NCBI GenBank assembly: GCA_964402425.1
Contig: CAYOCD010000001.1
Location: forward strand, 4,349 to 68,348
Length of the DNA: 64,000 nucleotides
Source: an uncultured Gammaproteobacteria bacterium
GTDB taxonomy: Bacteria; Patescibacteriota; Patescibacteriia; UBA9934; GWF2-40-263
Direction: 5' to 3'
The notes beneath the pieces are model-generated. The model was given only the letters and a program-made list of their open reading frames with translations. It was not told the DNA's origin and did no database searches. Positions within the stretch are counted from its first letter, which is position 1, and the number at the start of each line of letters is the position of its first letter. This document shows, one piece after another, positions 36,756 to 45,990 of this stretch. The position numbers and the translations under genes were made by a program.

Positions 36756-38228
36756 TCACCAAAGAAATTTCCAAACCTCTTTTGGATAACAGACAAGATA
36801 AAGATGAAATTGTTTTTTGAAAAGAGAATACCCTTTCCATGCGTGTGGATTTCCTTTTTTCCAGACCAATCCAAAATTGAAATAGCGCATCCCATCTTGA
36901 ATTCCTTGCTCGTACCAATGATGAATCAACCCAACTCCGATGGAGGTTTGCCGAACATGATCGTGTATAAATGAAACCGTATGAATAGACTGACGAATGT
37001 CGGGATATTGAACAACCGCAAGACCCGCAACGATCTGTCGCGTCTGTTTTTCACAGACTCCATACAGGCGTAAATTTTGTGGATGACGCGTGTGTCGAAA
37101 TGTTAAAACACGAATAAACCCCGTTCGTGTAAGCCAGTCGATTTTTTTTGATGCATGAAACGCCCGTGAAAACTCTTCAAGAGTTACCGTTCTTATTTCA
37201 AAACGATCCTCTTTCAACCACTTCTCCCGGTGCCGTCTTGCATGGGAAGACCATTCCTTCCAGTATGTTTCCCTGTTTTCATCGGTGATCACACCGATCC
37301 CTCGTTGGTCGTGTGTGTCGTCAAACCAATTCGTCATCCAACCTTGCTTCTTTTGTATCTGTTCAATCGGTTTCCAAAAAATCAAACGAGGACGCGGGGG
37401 TGTATTCCATTTCGGCTCGTTTGCCGAACAATAGGAATCAACACAAAACCACCCTTGTTTTGAACGCACTCCAAGACACTCACCTTCTCCAATACATTCT
37501 TTTTCTTTCTCATCCCGGATCTCAACATCAAGAAACATCCGCGACTGTTGTCTATCCACAAATCCAACCGGAACAGGGTCTCCAATCTTTCCCTGTCCAA
37601 AATGGCGATAAATCGCCATTGCATTTGAGGCATAGCGCACATCATTCCATCGGGAAAAGAATGTATCAAACAGTGGAGAAATCGCTTTTTTTTGTTTATA
37701 AAAATTCACCGCAAGATATCCATCCTCCTTCAATCTCGATACAAGTTGTTTCACAAACAGATCCGTTTCAAGAAGCGGAGAAACGGAACTCCCAACAAAT
37801 AAATCCACAAAAATGACATCGTATTTTCTTGTCGATGCTGCCAGCAATTCTCTTGCGTCGCCAACCAAAATTTCAACAGATGTTAAATCTCGTGCATGCA
37901 AATAAATTGTTCGCGCAATTTCAACCATCACCGGATCGTATTCCATCGCCACAATCCGAGCCTTGGGAAATCGTTTTTTAATCTCACGAACAGCTCCCCC
38001 TCCCCCAAGTCCAAGCAACAAAATATCCTTTGGCGCATGCACCAAAGGAATGTACCGTAAAAGTTTCCGAAATAATCGATCAATATACGGACCTGATTGA
38101 AAACAGTTCCCGACAACCAATTCAACAGACCCAAAAAAACGACTTACAAAAATAACGCCGTTTTTTTCAGAAGAAAACGACGTTTTAACACAGAATCTCT
38201 GTCCTATTTTTTTGAGCACTTCCATCAT
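36756..38228 (-). CDS. Fusion: spermidine synthase-like methyltransferase-fold domain plus a FemAB / GNAT-acetyltransferase-like C-terminal domain (490 aa)
   Basis: N-terminal ILLLGLGGGGAVREIKKRFPKARIVAMEYDPVMVEIAR...DVIFVDLF (aminopropyltransferase-like). The C-terminal roughly 250 aa resemble FemABX / GNAT_acetyltr_2 proteins. Confidence 0.45.
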   Translation of the reverse strand: MMEVLKKIGQRFCVKTSFSSEKNGVIFVSRFFGSVELVVGNCFQSGPYIDRLFRKLLRYIPLVHAPKDILLLGLGGGGAVREIKKRFPKARIVAMEYDPVMVEIARTIYLHARDLTSVEILVGDARELLAASTRKYDVIFVDLFVGSSVSPLLETDLFVKQLVSRLKEDGYLAVNFYKQKKAISPLFDTFFSRWNDVRYASNAMAIYRHFGQGKIGDPVPVGFVDRQQSRMFLDVEIRDEKEKECIGEGECLGVRSKQGWFCVDSYCSANEPKWNTPPRPRLIFWKPIEQIQKKQGWMTNWFDDTHDQRGIGVITDENRETYWKEWSSHARRHREKWLKEDRFEIRTVTLEEFSRAFHASKKIDWLTRTGFIRVLTFRHTRHPQNLRLYGVCEKQTRQIVAGLAVVQYPDIRQSIHTVSFIHDHVRQTSIGVGLIHHWYEQGIQDGMRYFNFGLVWKKGNPHAWKGYSLFKKQFHLYLVCYPKEVWKFLW

Positions 38229-38273
38229 AATTCCACACCCCTATACCGACCAAATTAAACATTTCCCAAGCCT

Positions 38274-38822
38274 CTATGGAATTAAATAGAGATAGATCGT
38301 CTCTTTTCCCACTTTTTTTGTTGCTTTTAACGGGAGAGTTGGAAATAAAAACGTACGTGAAACAACACGTGTTCCAGACGGATAATCACGCATCAAAAGC
38401 GGTTCGAGCTTAGCGTTGACTTCAGGAAACAAATAAGAAGAAATAACATCTGCCTTTGGTAACGGCGCTCCATTCAAAAAGTTTTCACGGCGAAACTCCA
38501 CATGCTTTGAAACACCTGCGAGCATCGCACGCATCTTTGCGTAAAGAACGAGCAGACGCAAATATTCAAACCCAATCCCCTTTGCACCAAAATCTTTTGC
38601 CGCCTCAATCACAATCGCACCGTCTCCGGATCCATAATCCACAACAACCTCCCCCGGCTTTACTTCCGCAAGTTCCATCATCGCTTTTGAAAACGGTTTG
38701 TTTGATCGCACAAATGGAACTCCAAAAATTCCACGCACAAGCAAATATAAAATGATTCCAAAAAGACACAAAAGTAAAAATTGAATAAACACCATGATTC
38801 CGATCACAACAGAGGTCAACAT
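38274..38822 (-). CDS. Membrane-anchored class I SAM-dependent methyltransferase (paralog of the 5023-5568 gene)
   Basis: N-terminal TM helix, then VVDYGSGDGAIVIEAAK and GIGFEYL, and a C-terminal TRVVSRTFLFP motif shared with the 5023-5568 protein (ARVITYVWPIP). Confidence 0.55.
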   Translation of the reverse strand: MLTSVVIGIMVFIQFLLLCLFGIILYLLVRGIFGVPFVRSNKPFSKAMMELAEVKPGEVVVDYGSGDGAIVIEAAKDFGAKGIGFEYLRLLVLYAKMRAMLAGVSKHVEFRRENFLNGAPLPKADVISSYLFPEVNAKLEPLLMRDYPSGTRVVSRTFLFPTLPLKATKKVGKETIYLYLIP

Positions 38823-38830
38823 ACGCAGAA

Positions 38831-40237
38831 TTATTCAAGAGTTAATTGAGACGCGGCATCACGGACAGCTTCTGAATACGTAGGAAATGCATGAATCATT
38901 TCGGCGAGTTTATCAATGGAAAGATTCGCATACAAAGCAAGCGAAACCTCATGGATCATCTCTCCGGCATGCGGTCCGATAATGGATCCCCCAAGGATTT
39001 TGCGTGTCTTTGGATGTGCAACCAATTTTACAATACCCTTTGGGGCATGATCTGCAATGGATCTTCCAAGAGATTGCATTTCTGCGCGCCCGACAAGCAC
39101 AGAACCAAATCGTGTTTTAACGTTTTCAGCTGTTACTCCCACACTCGCAAATTCCGGTTCCACAAACGTCACACGAGGAGCTACTCGTTCATCGAGGAAC
39201 ATTTTTTTTGATCGTTTATTAAGGGCAACAAGGGCAGCATTGTATCCAGCAATAAACCCTTCATGCTGTGCCGTACTTGTAAGCATCAAGCCTCCACAAA
39301 CATCCCCTGCAGCAAAAATATGTTTTTTATTTGTTTGCTGTTCTTTTGAGACAACAACGGTTCCGGATGCGTCAAGTTTAAGAGATGCTGCCTCAAAACC
39401 GTTTACGCACGAACGCTTTCCTGTTGCCACAACGATTTGCTCAACCGCATGCATCGTCTTGATTCCCTGAACATCCGTATAAACACCATACACACCCCCG
39501 CGTCCATCAACAATATTTGACACGCTCGCTCCGGTCACAACATCTACCCCCATCGCACGCAATCGCTCTTCTACAAAGCGCGCACACTCTTCATCTTCCC
39601 GAGAAAGCAATCGAGCATTCCGTTGAATCAAGACGATACGTGTTCCGAATGTTGCATAAAATGTTGCAATCTCACATGCGGCAGGACCGCCGCCAATAAT
39701 CGCAAGCGCTTTGGGTTGGCGCTTTTTTGACAAGGCATCATACCAATGCCAAAAATGCACTTGATCTAGTCCTGGAATATCCGGAATAAAATCTTTTGAA
39801 CCTGTTGCGATCACAATCGCTTTCCCATCAAGACGCAGGTCATCAACCATCATTGTATGTTCATCATCAAACACAGCCGATCCATACACAACATCAACGT
39901 GTAAATCTTTAAGGAACTGTTCATATCGCCCACCATGGACACCACCACCTGTCATTTTATCAACAACACGATCGCGATATTTCATGAGATCTTCAAACTG
40001 AAACGCAACAGGACCACACGTAACACCGAATGTTTTGATTTCTTGTGCATGACGATACGCATGTGCAGCGGCAAGCAACGCCTTTGAAGGAATACAGGCA
40101 AGATTCGGACTCTCTCCCCCAAGCTTTCCTTTTTCAACAATACAAACAGATGCCCCTAAAGAGGAAGCAGCTTCCGCAGCCGAAAATCCGGCGGATCCTG
40201 AACCAATCACGATAACGTCGTACGTTTTTTTCGCCAT
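38831..40237 (-). CDS. FAD-dependent pyridine nucleotide-disulfide oxidoreductase (dihydrolipoyl dehydrogenase / mercuric-reductase-like) with only one redox Cys
   Basis: FAD-binding VIVIGSGSAGFSAA, an NAD-binding GxGxxA site and a C-terminal dimerisation domain with HAFPTYSE. The usual GGTCxNxGCIPSK disulfide motif is GGESPNLACIPSK, so the first Cys is missing. Confidence 0.75.
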   Translation of the reverse strand: MAKKTYDVIVIGSGSAGFSAAEAASSLGASVCIVEKGKLGGESPNLACIPSKALLAAAHAYRHAQEIKTFGVTCGPVAFQFEDLMKYRDRVVDKMTGGGVHGGRYEQFLKDLHVDVVYGSAVFDDEHTMMVDDLRLDGKAIVIATGSKDFIPDIPGLDQVHFWHWYDALSKKRQPKALAIIGGGPAACEIATFYATFGTRIVLIQRNARLLSREDEECARFVEERLRAMGVDVVTGASVSNIVDGRGGVYGVYTDVQGIKTMHAVEQIVVATGKRSCVNGFEAASLKLDASGTVVVSKEQQTNKKHIFAAGDVCGGLMLTSTAQHEGFIAGYNAALVALNKRSKKMFLDERVAPRVTFVEPEFASVGVTAENVKTRFGSVLVGRAEMQSLGRSIADHAPKGIVKLVAHPKTRKILGGSIIGPHAGEMIHEVSLALYANLSIDKLAEMIHAFPTYSEAVRDAASQLTLE

Positions 40238-40245
40238 ACGTAAGA

Positions 40246-41247
40246 TTACGGTTGAAATAGTTTCTTCGCTTCATTCCATAATCTGTCTTCTCTGTGTTGT
40301 TTCAAATATACCCACCACTCCGCACCCCAAAGATACACTTCTGGGACATGCATTTCTTTTACGAATTGAATATTCTCTGCAAAATCTTTCGCGGAAAAAA
40401 CATGATACCAATCATCAACCGAACGTTCTCGTATATCTTCCGAAAACCACGGTTCTGCCTGCAACTCTGAAACAAGAACTTGTTTACCAGACCACTGAAT
40501 CGGCCACGTACGCAGACGATACATAAACGGCGAGAGTGGGTACGTCAAATACCCAAACACATTATTCCATGTCTTTCGATAAACAGAAATACCAATTCCA
40601 TCACCAAACGCGGCCGTAGGTCCCCATGGACCAAGCTCCCCACTTGCCGTTACTTGAATCGGGTGCGAATCAAGAGAACGCACAAGATCAATCTCTTTTT
40701 TCAAATCTTCTTTTTGTATTTGTTCGCATACACCAAACGGAAGGAACGGCTCATTTTCAACCTGCCAACGTTCCAAGGCGGTGGAAGATCGATACCGCAT
40801 CACAACCGTTTTAATCATGTCTTCCGTTTCTTGTTGTCGTTCTTTCTTTGAAAGTTTTTGTGCCCAGTTTGGAATAAAACATTCTGGCCAACGCGGAACT
40901 TTTTGACCAATCACAAGCGTCAATTTCACATGTTTCTGTTCTGAATACGCAACGAGTTGATCAAGTTGATTCCAATCAAATCGATCTTGATCCGGTTCAA
41001 TATCTGGCCAATACACAGGCAGACGCACCGCACGCACACCAAGTTCCTCCACAAGATCCTCATACGTTTTTATCACATCAAGTCCAAGATGCCACGCATA
41101 AACCGTTGAATAGGTCACGCCAAATCGTACGGGTTTTGACGCAGATTCACGCATCCAAAACGAAACATACACAAACAAAAACAATCCCATCACAACAAGG
41201 GCGACCAAGATTGCCATGCGAATAATCTGCCAAGGAACCTTCTTCAC
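40246..41247 (-). CDS. Membrane-anchored clan GH-A glycoside hydrolase (GH5-like)
   Basis: N-terminal TM helix, a TIM-barrel-like sequence and the catalytic NEP motif in WQVENEPF. Confidence 0.55.
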   Translation of the reverse strand: MKKVPWQIIRMAILVALVVMGLFLFVYVSFWMRESASKPVRFGVTYSTVYAWHLGLDVIKTYEDLVEELGVRAVRLPVYWPDIEPDQDRFDWNQLDQLVAYSEQKHVKLTLVIGQKVPRWPECFIPNWAQKLSKKERQQETEDMIKTVVMRYRSSTALERWQVENEPFLPFGVCEQIQKEDLKKEIDLVRSLDSHPIQVTASGELGPWGPTAAFGDGIGISVYRKTWNNVFGYLTYPLSPFMYRLRTWPIQWSGKQVLVSELQAEPWFSEDIRERSVDDWYHVFSAKDFAENIQFVKEMHVPEVYLWGAEWWVYLKQHREDRLWNEAKKLFQP

Positions 41248-41283
41248 AAGTTTAAGAAGAGCATGTGTGCCCTGAAAAACAAA

Positions 41284-42897
41284 TTAAATCTCTTCCCGCT
41301 TCTCACGCAAAAACGCGAGCCAGTTTTCAATAAGTTCCACCAGTGCCTTGAACGGTGCTTCGATGATGAAGTCAAAAAAGAACAAGAAGATGTTTACGCG
41401 TGGCGCACGAATAGAAATCCAACGTCCCGCACGAATCATGGGAAGAAACAAGATATCACCAAGAATCAGAAAGAATCCGCGATGGTTCTCAATCAAGAGA
41501 AGATCTCTGCGCGTGTTGCGAATACGGATTCCAAAATAGGCAACAAGGGAAAGGAAGAAAATGAAAAATGTAATGGAGAGCGGATTAAATCCAAACTTAC
41601 GCAAGAACAAGGAAATAAGAATAATCACCGCCATGAAAACAACCGTGTACAATCCGTGAAAGATCCACCACAACACCCCGTACGCTTTTTGTTTCTTTTG
41701 TTTAAACACAAAGGTTGTTTCTTCTCCAAGCCCCAAAAATGCATGCAACTCTGTCAGAATATCTGCTGTGTTTTTCTTTTCCGGAATATGCACACTCAAT
41801 CCGATGAGAGCAAGAAGGAACGGAGGGAACAGAATATTTACCATGAGAGGCAAATAGTACGTTGATTGCAGGATCAAAATTTCATATGGGTATTCAACCA
41901 AAAAGGCAAGAATACTCTTTGTTAACAGCAAAAAGAACGCGGCACGAAACACAGTGCGCACAAGTTTAGATCGGAATTTTCCATAACGTTCTTTTGCAGC
42001 TGCTGTAATCGCTTTATCGATCGATTTTTCATCCGATGCAGAAAGAGCGTTTTGAAACGCTTCTGGATTATCTTGTGCAACATCCGCAATCAATCGAAAA
42101 ACAACCGCATGACGACGTACAAATCGATAAATAGCATCTCCACTTTCATGTTTCAATTCTTTCTCTACCGAGGAATAGACCTTTCGGAAATTCATGGCGA
42201 CTTCTTGCACAACGGCATCGCTTGCGTTTGCTGTACGCCATTTTGGATAATAAAGTGTAAAAATACGATAACGAATCGTTGCCTCATTCGATTTCAATAA
42301 TGCACGATGAACAGCAATATAGAGTTGCAAATCTCGATCCGCCTCTTCTACCATTTTTGTTTGCCAATTTGTGCGAGATCGCATGACTTGATAGGCATAA
42401 CTCGCAAGAGCCTCATCAATACAAGGTGGTCCAACAAGATATTCAATTTCGGTTGAAAGAACATCGAGCAGCCAATCATATTGTTCTTGATCTTCTTTTG
42501 TATTTTCTGAGAGACCCGCAAACAACATTTTATACTTTTCAAACACATCCGCCACCGTCTGAATCATGGCGTTTGGTATTTTGTTGTTAGGAAGATAGTG
42601 CGCCCAAATCAACTCACGAATGAGTTTTGTGGCGAGTTGTTTGGAATCCGAGTCCCCTAATCGACGCTTTAAAATTCTGCGTGTTGCATTGCGTCGCAAC
42701 AAATGCTCTTCATCGTATTCAAGTGTGTTTCTAACAGTTTCATAAATCGAAACAGCCACGGAAACCGTTTCAGAAACACTGATGACATCTTCGGTTGTTG
42801 CATCATCTTCTGCTTCACGGCGCATTTGTGCGACAGTAGCAAGGAGATGCTGAAGGGCTTTTTGTTCCATACAGGAAAGGCGGAGATCCTTAAACAA
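41284..42897 (-). CDS. Hypothetical protein with an N-terminal soluble domain (~310 aa) and a C-terminal polytopic membrane domain (537 aa)
   Basis: ORF with about 6 predicted C-terminal TM helices. No family assigned. Confidence 0.45.
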   Translation of the reverse strand: MFKDLRLSCMEQKALQHLLATVAQMRREAEDDATTEDVISVSETVSVAVSIYETVRNTLEYDEEHLLRRNATRRILKRRLGDSDSKQLATKLIRELIWAHYLPNNKIPNAMIQTVADVFEKYKMLFAGLSENTKEDQEQYDWLLDVLSTEIEYLVGPPCIDEALASYAYQVMRSRTNWQTKMVEEADRDLQLYIAVHRALLKSNEATIRYRIFTLYYPKWRTANASDAVVQEVAMNFRKVYSSVEKELKHESGDAIYRFVRRHAVVFRLIADVAQDNPEAFQNALSASDEKSIDKAITAAAKERYGKFRSKLVRTVFRAAFFLLLTKSILAFLVEYPYEILILQSTYYLPLMVNILFPPFLLALIGLSVHIPEKKNTADILTELHAFLGLGEETTFVFKQKKQKAYGVLWWIFHGLYTVVFMAVIILISLFLRKFGFNPLSITFFIFFLSLVAYFGIRIRNTRRDLLLIENHRGFFLILGDILFLPMIRAGRWISIRAPRVNIFLFFFDFIIEAPFKALVELIENWLAFLREKREEI

Positions 42898-44239
42898 TTA
42901 ACGGCAACTTTCTGATTTCACTCATTCTACCTAACACGATATCTTCGATACGATACGTTCCGTGCGTTGGTGCTTGCACAAATCCATTCCACGCCATACG
43001 CGCAACTCCCCCCGAATCAATCCAGTCAAAAAGCCACTCATCTGTATATGCGGGATCATTTTGAGAAATACCACCCCCAACATACTGAAGCCATGTCCGA
43101 TTAAATTCTTCTTGAGAACCAATGGGAGGTGCCATAATGACAGCTATTCCAAGCCCTGTATAAAACGAGAGTTCAGAAGGCTTTGTCCAAAGAATATCTG
43201 TTGTTTTGAGAAGTTCGTTGAATCCGGAAAAATAAGCATCGCGCGAATCAAATTCAGGTACACAAATCCATGTACCAAGATACTTCTTGAGTCCCGCCGC
43301 AACCACGGCATCGCGATAAAATTTGGCTGTATCTTTTCGGAGTCCTGCAACCAAATTCACACGAATTTTCCCTTGCGCTATTTTATTCTTTAAACTATTC
43401 AACAATTTTACACCGAGCTGACGCTGCGCCCCTGCTCCTCCAACGCTATACGTAAGCGTAAGTGGGTGCGACGTTTTATCAATAACACAACGCGCTGTTC
43501 CCAATTCTGCGCGAAGTGATTTTGCGTGAACATCGGTAAAAATGCCTTGTGGATCAAGGTTACACAATCGATGAGACAATAAATCTTTCAGAATACCTGC
43601 CGTTCCTCCCCCAATAAGTTCTTTTGGGAGGGGGAAACCTGTCAAAAAAATATTTTCATCCCGCACGCCATACAACTTCAATCGCTCAACAACACGTCCG
43701 TTACTCGCAAAATATTTAATGCGACTGCGTTTTGGATCAAGAGGTGCCCATGCGCGTGAAATGTCTGCGTCTGTGGCAACACACCAAATGTCTCCTGGGT
43801 AATTATAATAATCTGCACAGAATGCAGGGATAAAAAATGTGGTGACGAGCGGCATTGGTTTCTCCGCGAGTTTTGCGATCAAATGCTTTCCCAGCCCTTT
43901 TTTGATCATGCGATAAATTTGTGTCAGCTGTAAATTGGGTTTAGAAAGATCACGACGTGGATAAAACGGTGCGATTTGCTGCCAACGATCAAACGCATCA
44001 AACAACATATCACCAACAACCGGCACAGGTTTCAGACGAGAAACCGCTTCATACAGTTCTCTGCTCTCTTTCCAAAGTTTTTTATCAAGATCTGGAATAC
44101 CCACATAATCATTTGCGGACAAAACGGACCCCCCAGACAAATCTTTAAGCGCATGCGCCGCACGACTGTGTCCGTATCCCATATTAACGTCCACGACCCA
44201 TGCGTCGACAGATCCTTGTGTGTGTGAATGCATTTTCAT
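42890..44239 (-). CDS. Putative GT-B glycosyltransferase (MGDG-synthase / MurG-like)
   Basis: N-terminal VVDVNMGYGHSRAAHAL resembles the MGDG-synthase N-terminal motif, and the central YSVGGAGAQ resembles MurG/GT28 glycine-rich loops. The start is placed at the Met of MKMHS (44239) to avoid overlap with the LOG gene. Confidence 0.35.
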   Translation of the reverse strand: MKMHSHTQGSVDAWVVDVNMGYGHSRAAHALKDLSGGSVLSANDYVGIPDLDKKLWKESRELYEAVSRLKPVPVVGDMLFDAFDRWQQIAPFYPRRDLSKPNLQLTQIYRMIKKGLGKHLIAKLAEKPMPLVTTFFIPAFCADYYNYPGDIWCVATDADISRAWAPLDPKRSRIKYFASNGRVVERLKLYGVRDENIFLTGFPLPKELIGGGTAGILKDLLSHRLCNLDPQGIFTDVHAKSLRAELGTARCVIDKTSHPLTLTYSVGGAGAQRQLGVKLLNSLKNKIAQGKIRVNLVAGLRKDTAKFYRDAVVAAGLKKYLGTWICVPEFDSRDAYFSGFNELLKTTDILWTKPSELSFYTGLGIAVIMAPPIGSQEEFNRTWLQYVGGGISQNDPAYTDEWLFDWIDSGGVARMAWNGFVQAPTHGTYRIEDIVLGRMSEIRKLPLIV

Positions 44240-44240
44240 A

Positions 44241-44963
44241 CTAAAAGATCGTGCGCTCCTCTGAACAAGAAACAATTTTATAAGCCTCTTCAACAGTATC
44301 AACAATCTGAACAAGTTCAACATCTACATGAGAAACAGTTTGAAATTGATCACGCGGTACAGCCTTAATCCAATCAAATAGTCCGTCCCAAAATTCTTTT
44401 CCAACGCAAACAACGGGAGTTTTTTGCATTTTTCCTGTTTGAATCAATGTGACGATTTCAAAAAATTCATCCAGCGTTCCAAATCCACCCGGAAAAAAAA
44501 CATATGCTTGTGCTGACGCAGCCATCACAACTTTACGTGAAAAAAAATAATGAAACGCATGCCCTTTATTTACATACGGATTCAAATGTTGTTCTTTTGG
44601 AAGTAAAATATTAAACCCAACAGAAATACCCCCCGCTTTTGCCGCACCTTTGTTTCCAGCTTCCATGATTCCAGGACCACCCCCGGTAATAATTGTAAAT
44701 CCGTTTTTTGCTAATTTTTCTCCCAACTCTTCTGCAAATTTATACCAATGGCTTTCGGGTTTAACTTGTGTCCCTCCCCAAAAAGTTACTTCTTTTGACG
44801 TTTCGGAAAGAAGTTGAAATCCCTCTACAAATTCAGACATGATGCGTAAAATACGCCAAGACATTTCATGAATACTTGTTGGCTCTGTTCCATTGTGTTT
44901 TTCTGAAAGACTAAGCGGAAGACGCACACATTTATCTTGATTTTTTTTCTTTTTTTGAAACAT
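44241..44963 (-). CDS. LOG family protein (cytokinin riboside 5'-monophosphate phosphoribohydrolase / lysine-decarboxylase-like, TIGR00730)
   Basis: FTIITGGGPGIMEAGNKGA and PGGFGTLDE motifs. Confidence 0.8.
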   Translation of the reverse strand: MFQKKKKNQDKCVRLPLSLSEKHNGTEPTSIHEMSWRILRIMSEFVEGFQLLSETSKEVTFWGGTQVKPESHWYKFAEELGEKLAKNGFTIITGGGPGIMEAGNKGAAKAGGISVGFNILLPKEQHLNPYVNKGHAFHYFFSRKVVMAASAQAYVFFPGGFGTLDEFFEIVTLIQTGKMQKTPVVCVGKEFWDGLFDWIKAVPRDQFQTVSHVDVELVQIVDTVEEAYKIVSCSEERTIF

Positions 44964-45000
44964 ATACGTTCAATTTTATCACAGATAACCCAAAAGAACC

Positions 45001-45528
45001 CTACGGGGCTGTGGACACCCCGTGTGGTTTTGCAAGAAAACTCATAAGCACAACAGACTTCTCTTTATCATTTACAGAAAGATCTTTTGTTTCATCAAAT
45101 ATTCCGTCACCATCATCACTTACGAGCTCAGCATAATAAACATGATCCGCCTGAAGTTTGTCTGTAATTTTGACGCGTTCTCCCTCAACACGTCCACGAA
45201 GCACATCAGAAACTCCAATAATATTTCCTGGCATCCCATTTTCATCGGCACGAACAGTAATAAATCCAGGTTTTGCGAAAACAGCATAGCCAACCAAAAC
45301 AACAGACTCTCCAGATGATTGATCTACAAGATAAATTGCATGATCCCCATTTTGAAGCATTTCTTCTGCATTCTGTTCACGTGAAACAGGAAGGGATTCT
45401 TCTGCCGTCTGTGACGGGGCTGGAATTTCTTGTGATTTTGTTGCAGGTTGCAAAAGAGACGCAATCACCAAAATCATCACAAGAATAAAGAAAAAGATCC
45501 AGGTTTTAGGCAATGTGGCACTTCTCAT
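45001..45528 (-). CDS. Hypothetical secreted/membrane-anchored protein (175 aa)
   Basis: N-terminal signal/TM segment, a Glu/Gln-rich linker and a beta-rich C-terminus. Confidence 0.4.
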   Translation of the reverse strand: MRSATLPKTWIFFFILVMILVIASLLQPATKSQEIPAPSQTAEESLPVSREQNAEEMLQNGDHAIYLVDQSSGESVVLVGYAVFAKPGFITVRADENGMPGNIIGVSDVLRGRVEGERVKITDKLQADHVYYAELVSDDGDGIFDETKDLSVNDKEKSVVLMSFLAKPHGVSTAP

Positions 45529-45612
45529 ATATCTGACAGAATAACATAGAGACCCGCTCTGGACAAAAAATCAGGCATTCGCTATACTCCTCACGAATCT
45601 TAACCTTATTCT

Positions 45613-45861
45613 ATGTCGAAATCCTGTTTAATCACTGGCAAAAAAACAATTTCTGGATTTCACGTTTCGCACTCAAATGTTCACGCAAAACGCAAAATGT
45701 TTGCAAACTTGTCAAAGCGAAGCTTGAAAAATCCAGCAACGGGAAGAATGGTCACTATTACCATCTCCATGCGAGGACTCCGAACCCTCAGAAAGTGGGA
45801 CCGTGAAGGAAAAATGTATGACTTGGCTGAAATGAAAAAAGTTGCAGCTATGTGTGCATAA
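45613..45861 (+). CDS. rpmB: 50S ribosomal protein L28
   Basis: MSKSCLITGKKTISGFHVSHSNVHAKRKMFANL is typical of the L28 N-terminus. Confidence 0.85.
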   Translation: MSKSCLITGKKTISGFHVSHSNVHAKRKMFANLSKRSLKNPATGRMVTITISMRGLRTLRKWDREGKMYDLAEMKKVAAMCA

Positions 45862-45865
45862 ATTT

Positions 45866-45891
45866 AAACCCCTGACATTTGTCAGGGGTTT
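45866..45891 (+). terminator. rpmB terminator
   Basis: AAACCCCTGAC-ATTT-GTCAGGGGTTT followed by a T run. Confidence 0.65.
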
Positions 45892-45910
45892 TTAAATTCA
45901 AAACGGATAC

Positions 45911-45975
45911 ATCACGTCGCTCGCGAGCGACGTGATAAAAAAACCACCAGTTATCTGGTGGTAAAAAAATTTTTT
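45911..45975 (-). terminator. Two further hairpins; the distal one terminates the convergent minus-strand gene
   Basis: Perfect 13-bp palindrome ATCACGTCGCTCG/CGAGCGACGTGAT (45911-45936), then ACCACCAG-TTAT-CTGGTGGT (45943-45962) flanked by A7/T8 runs. Confidence 0.55.
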
Positions 45976-45990
45976 TTCTTTGAAGAAAGT

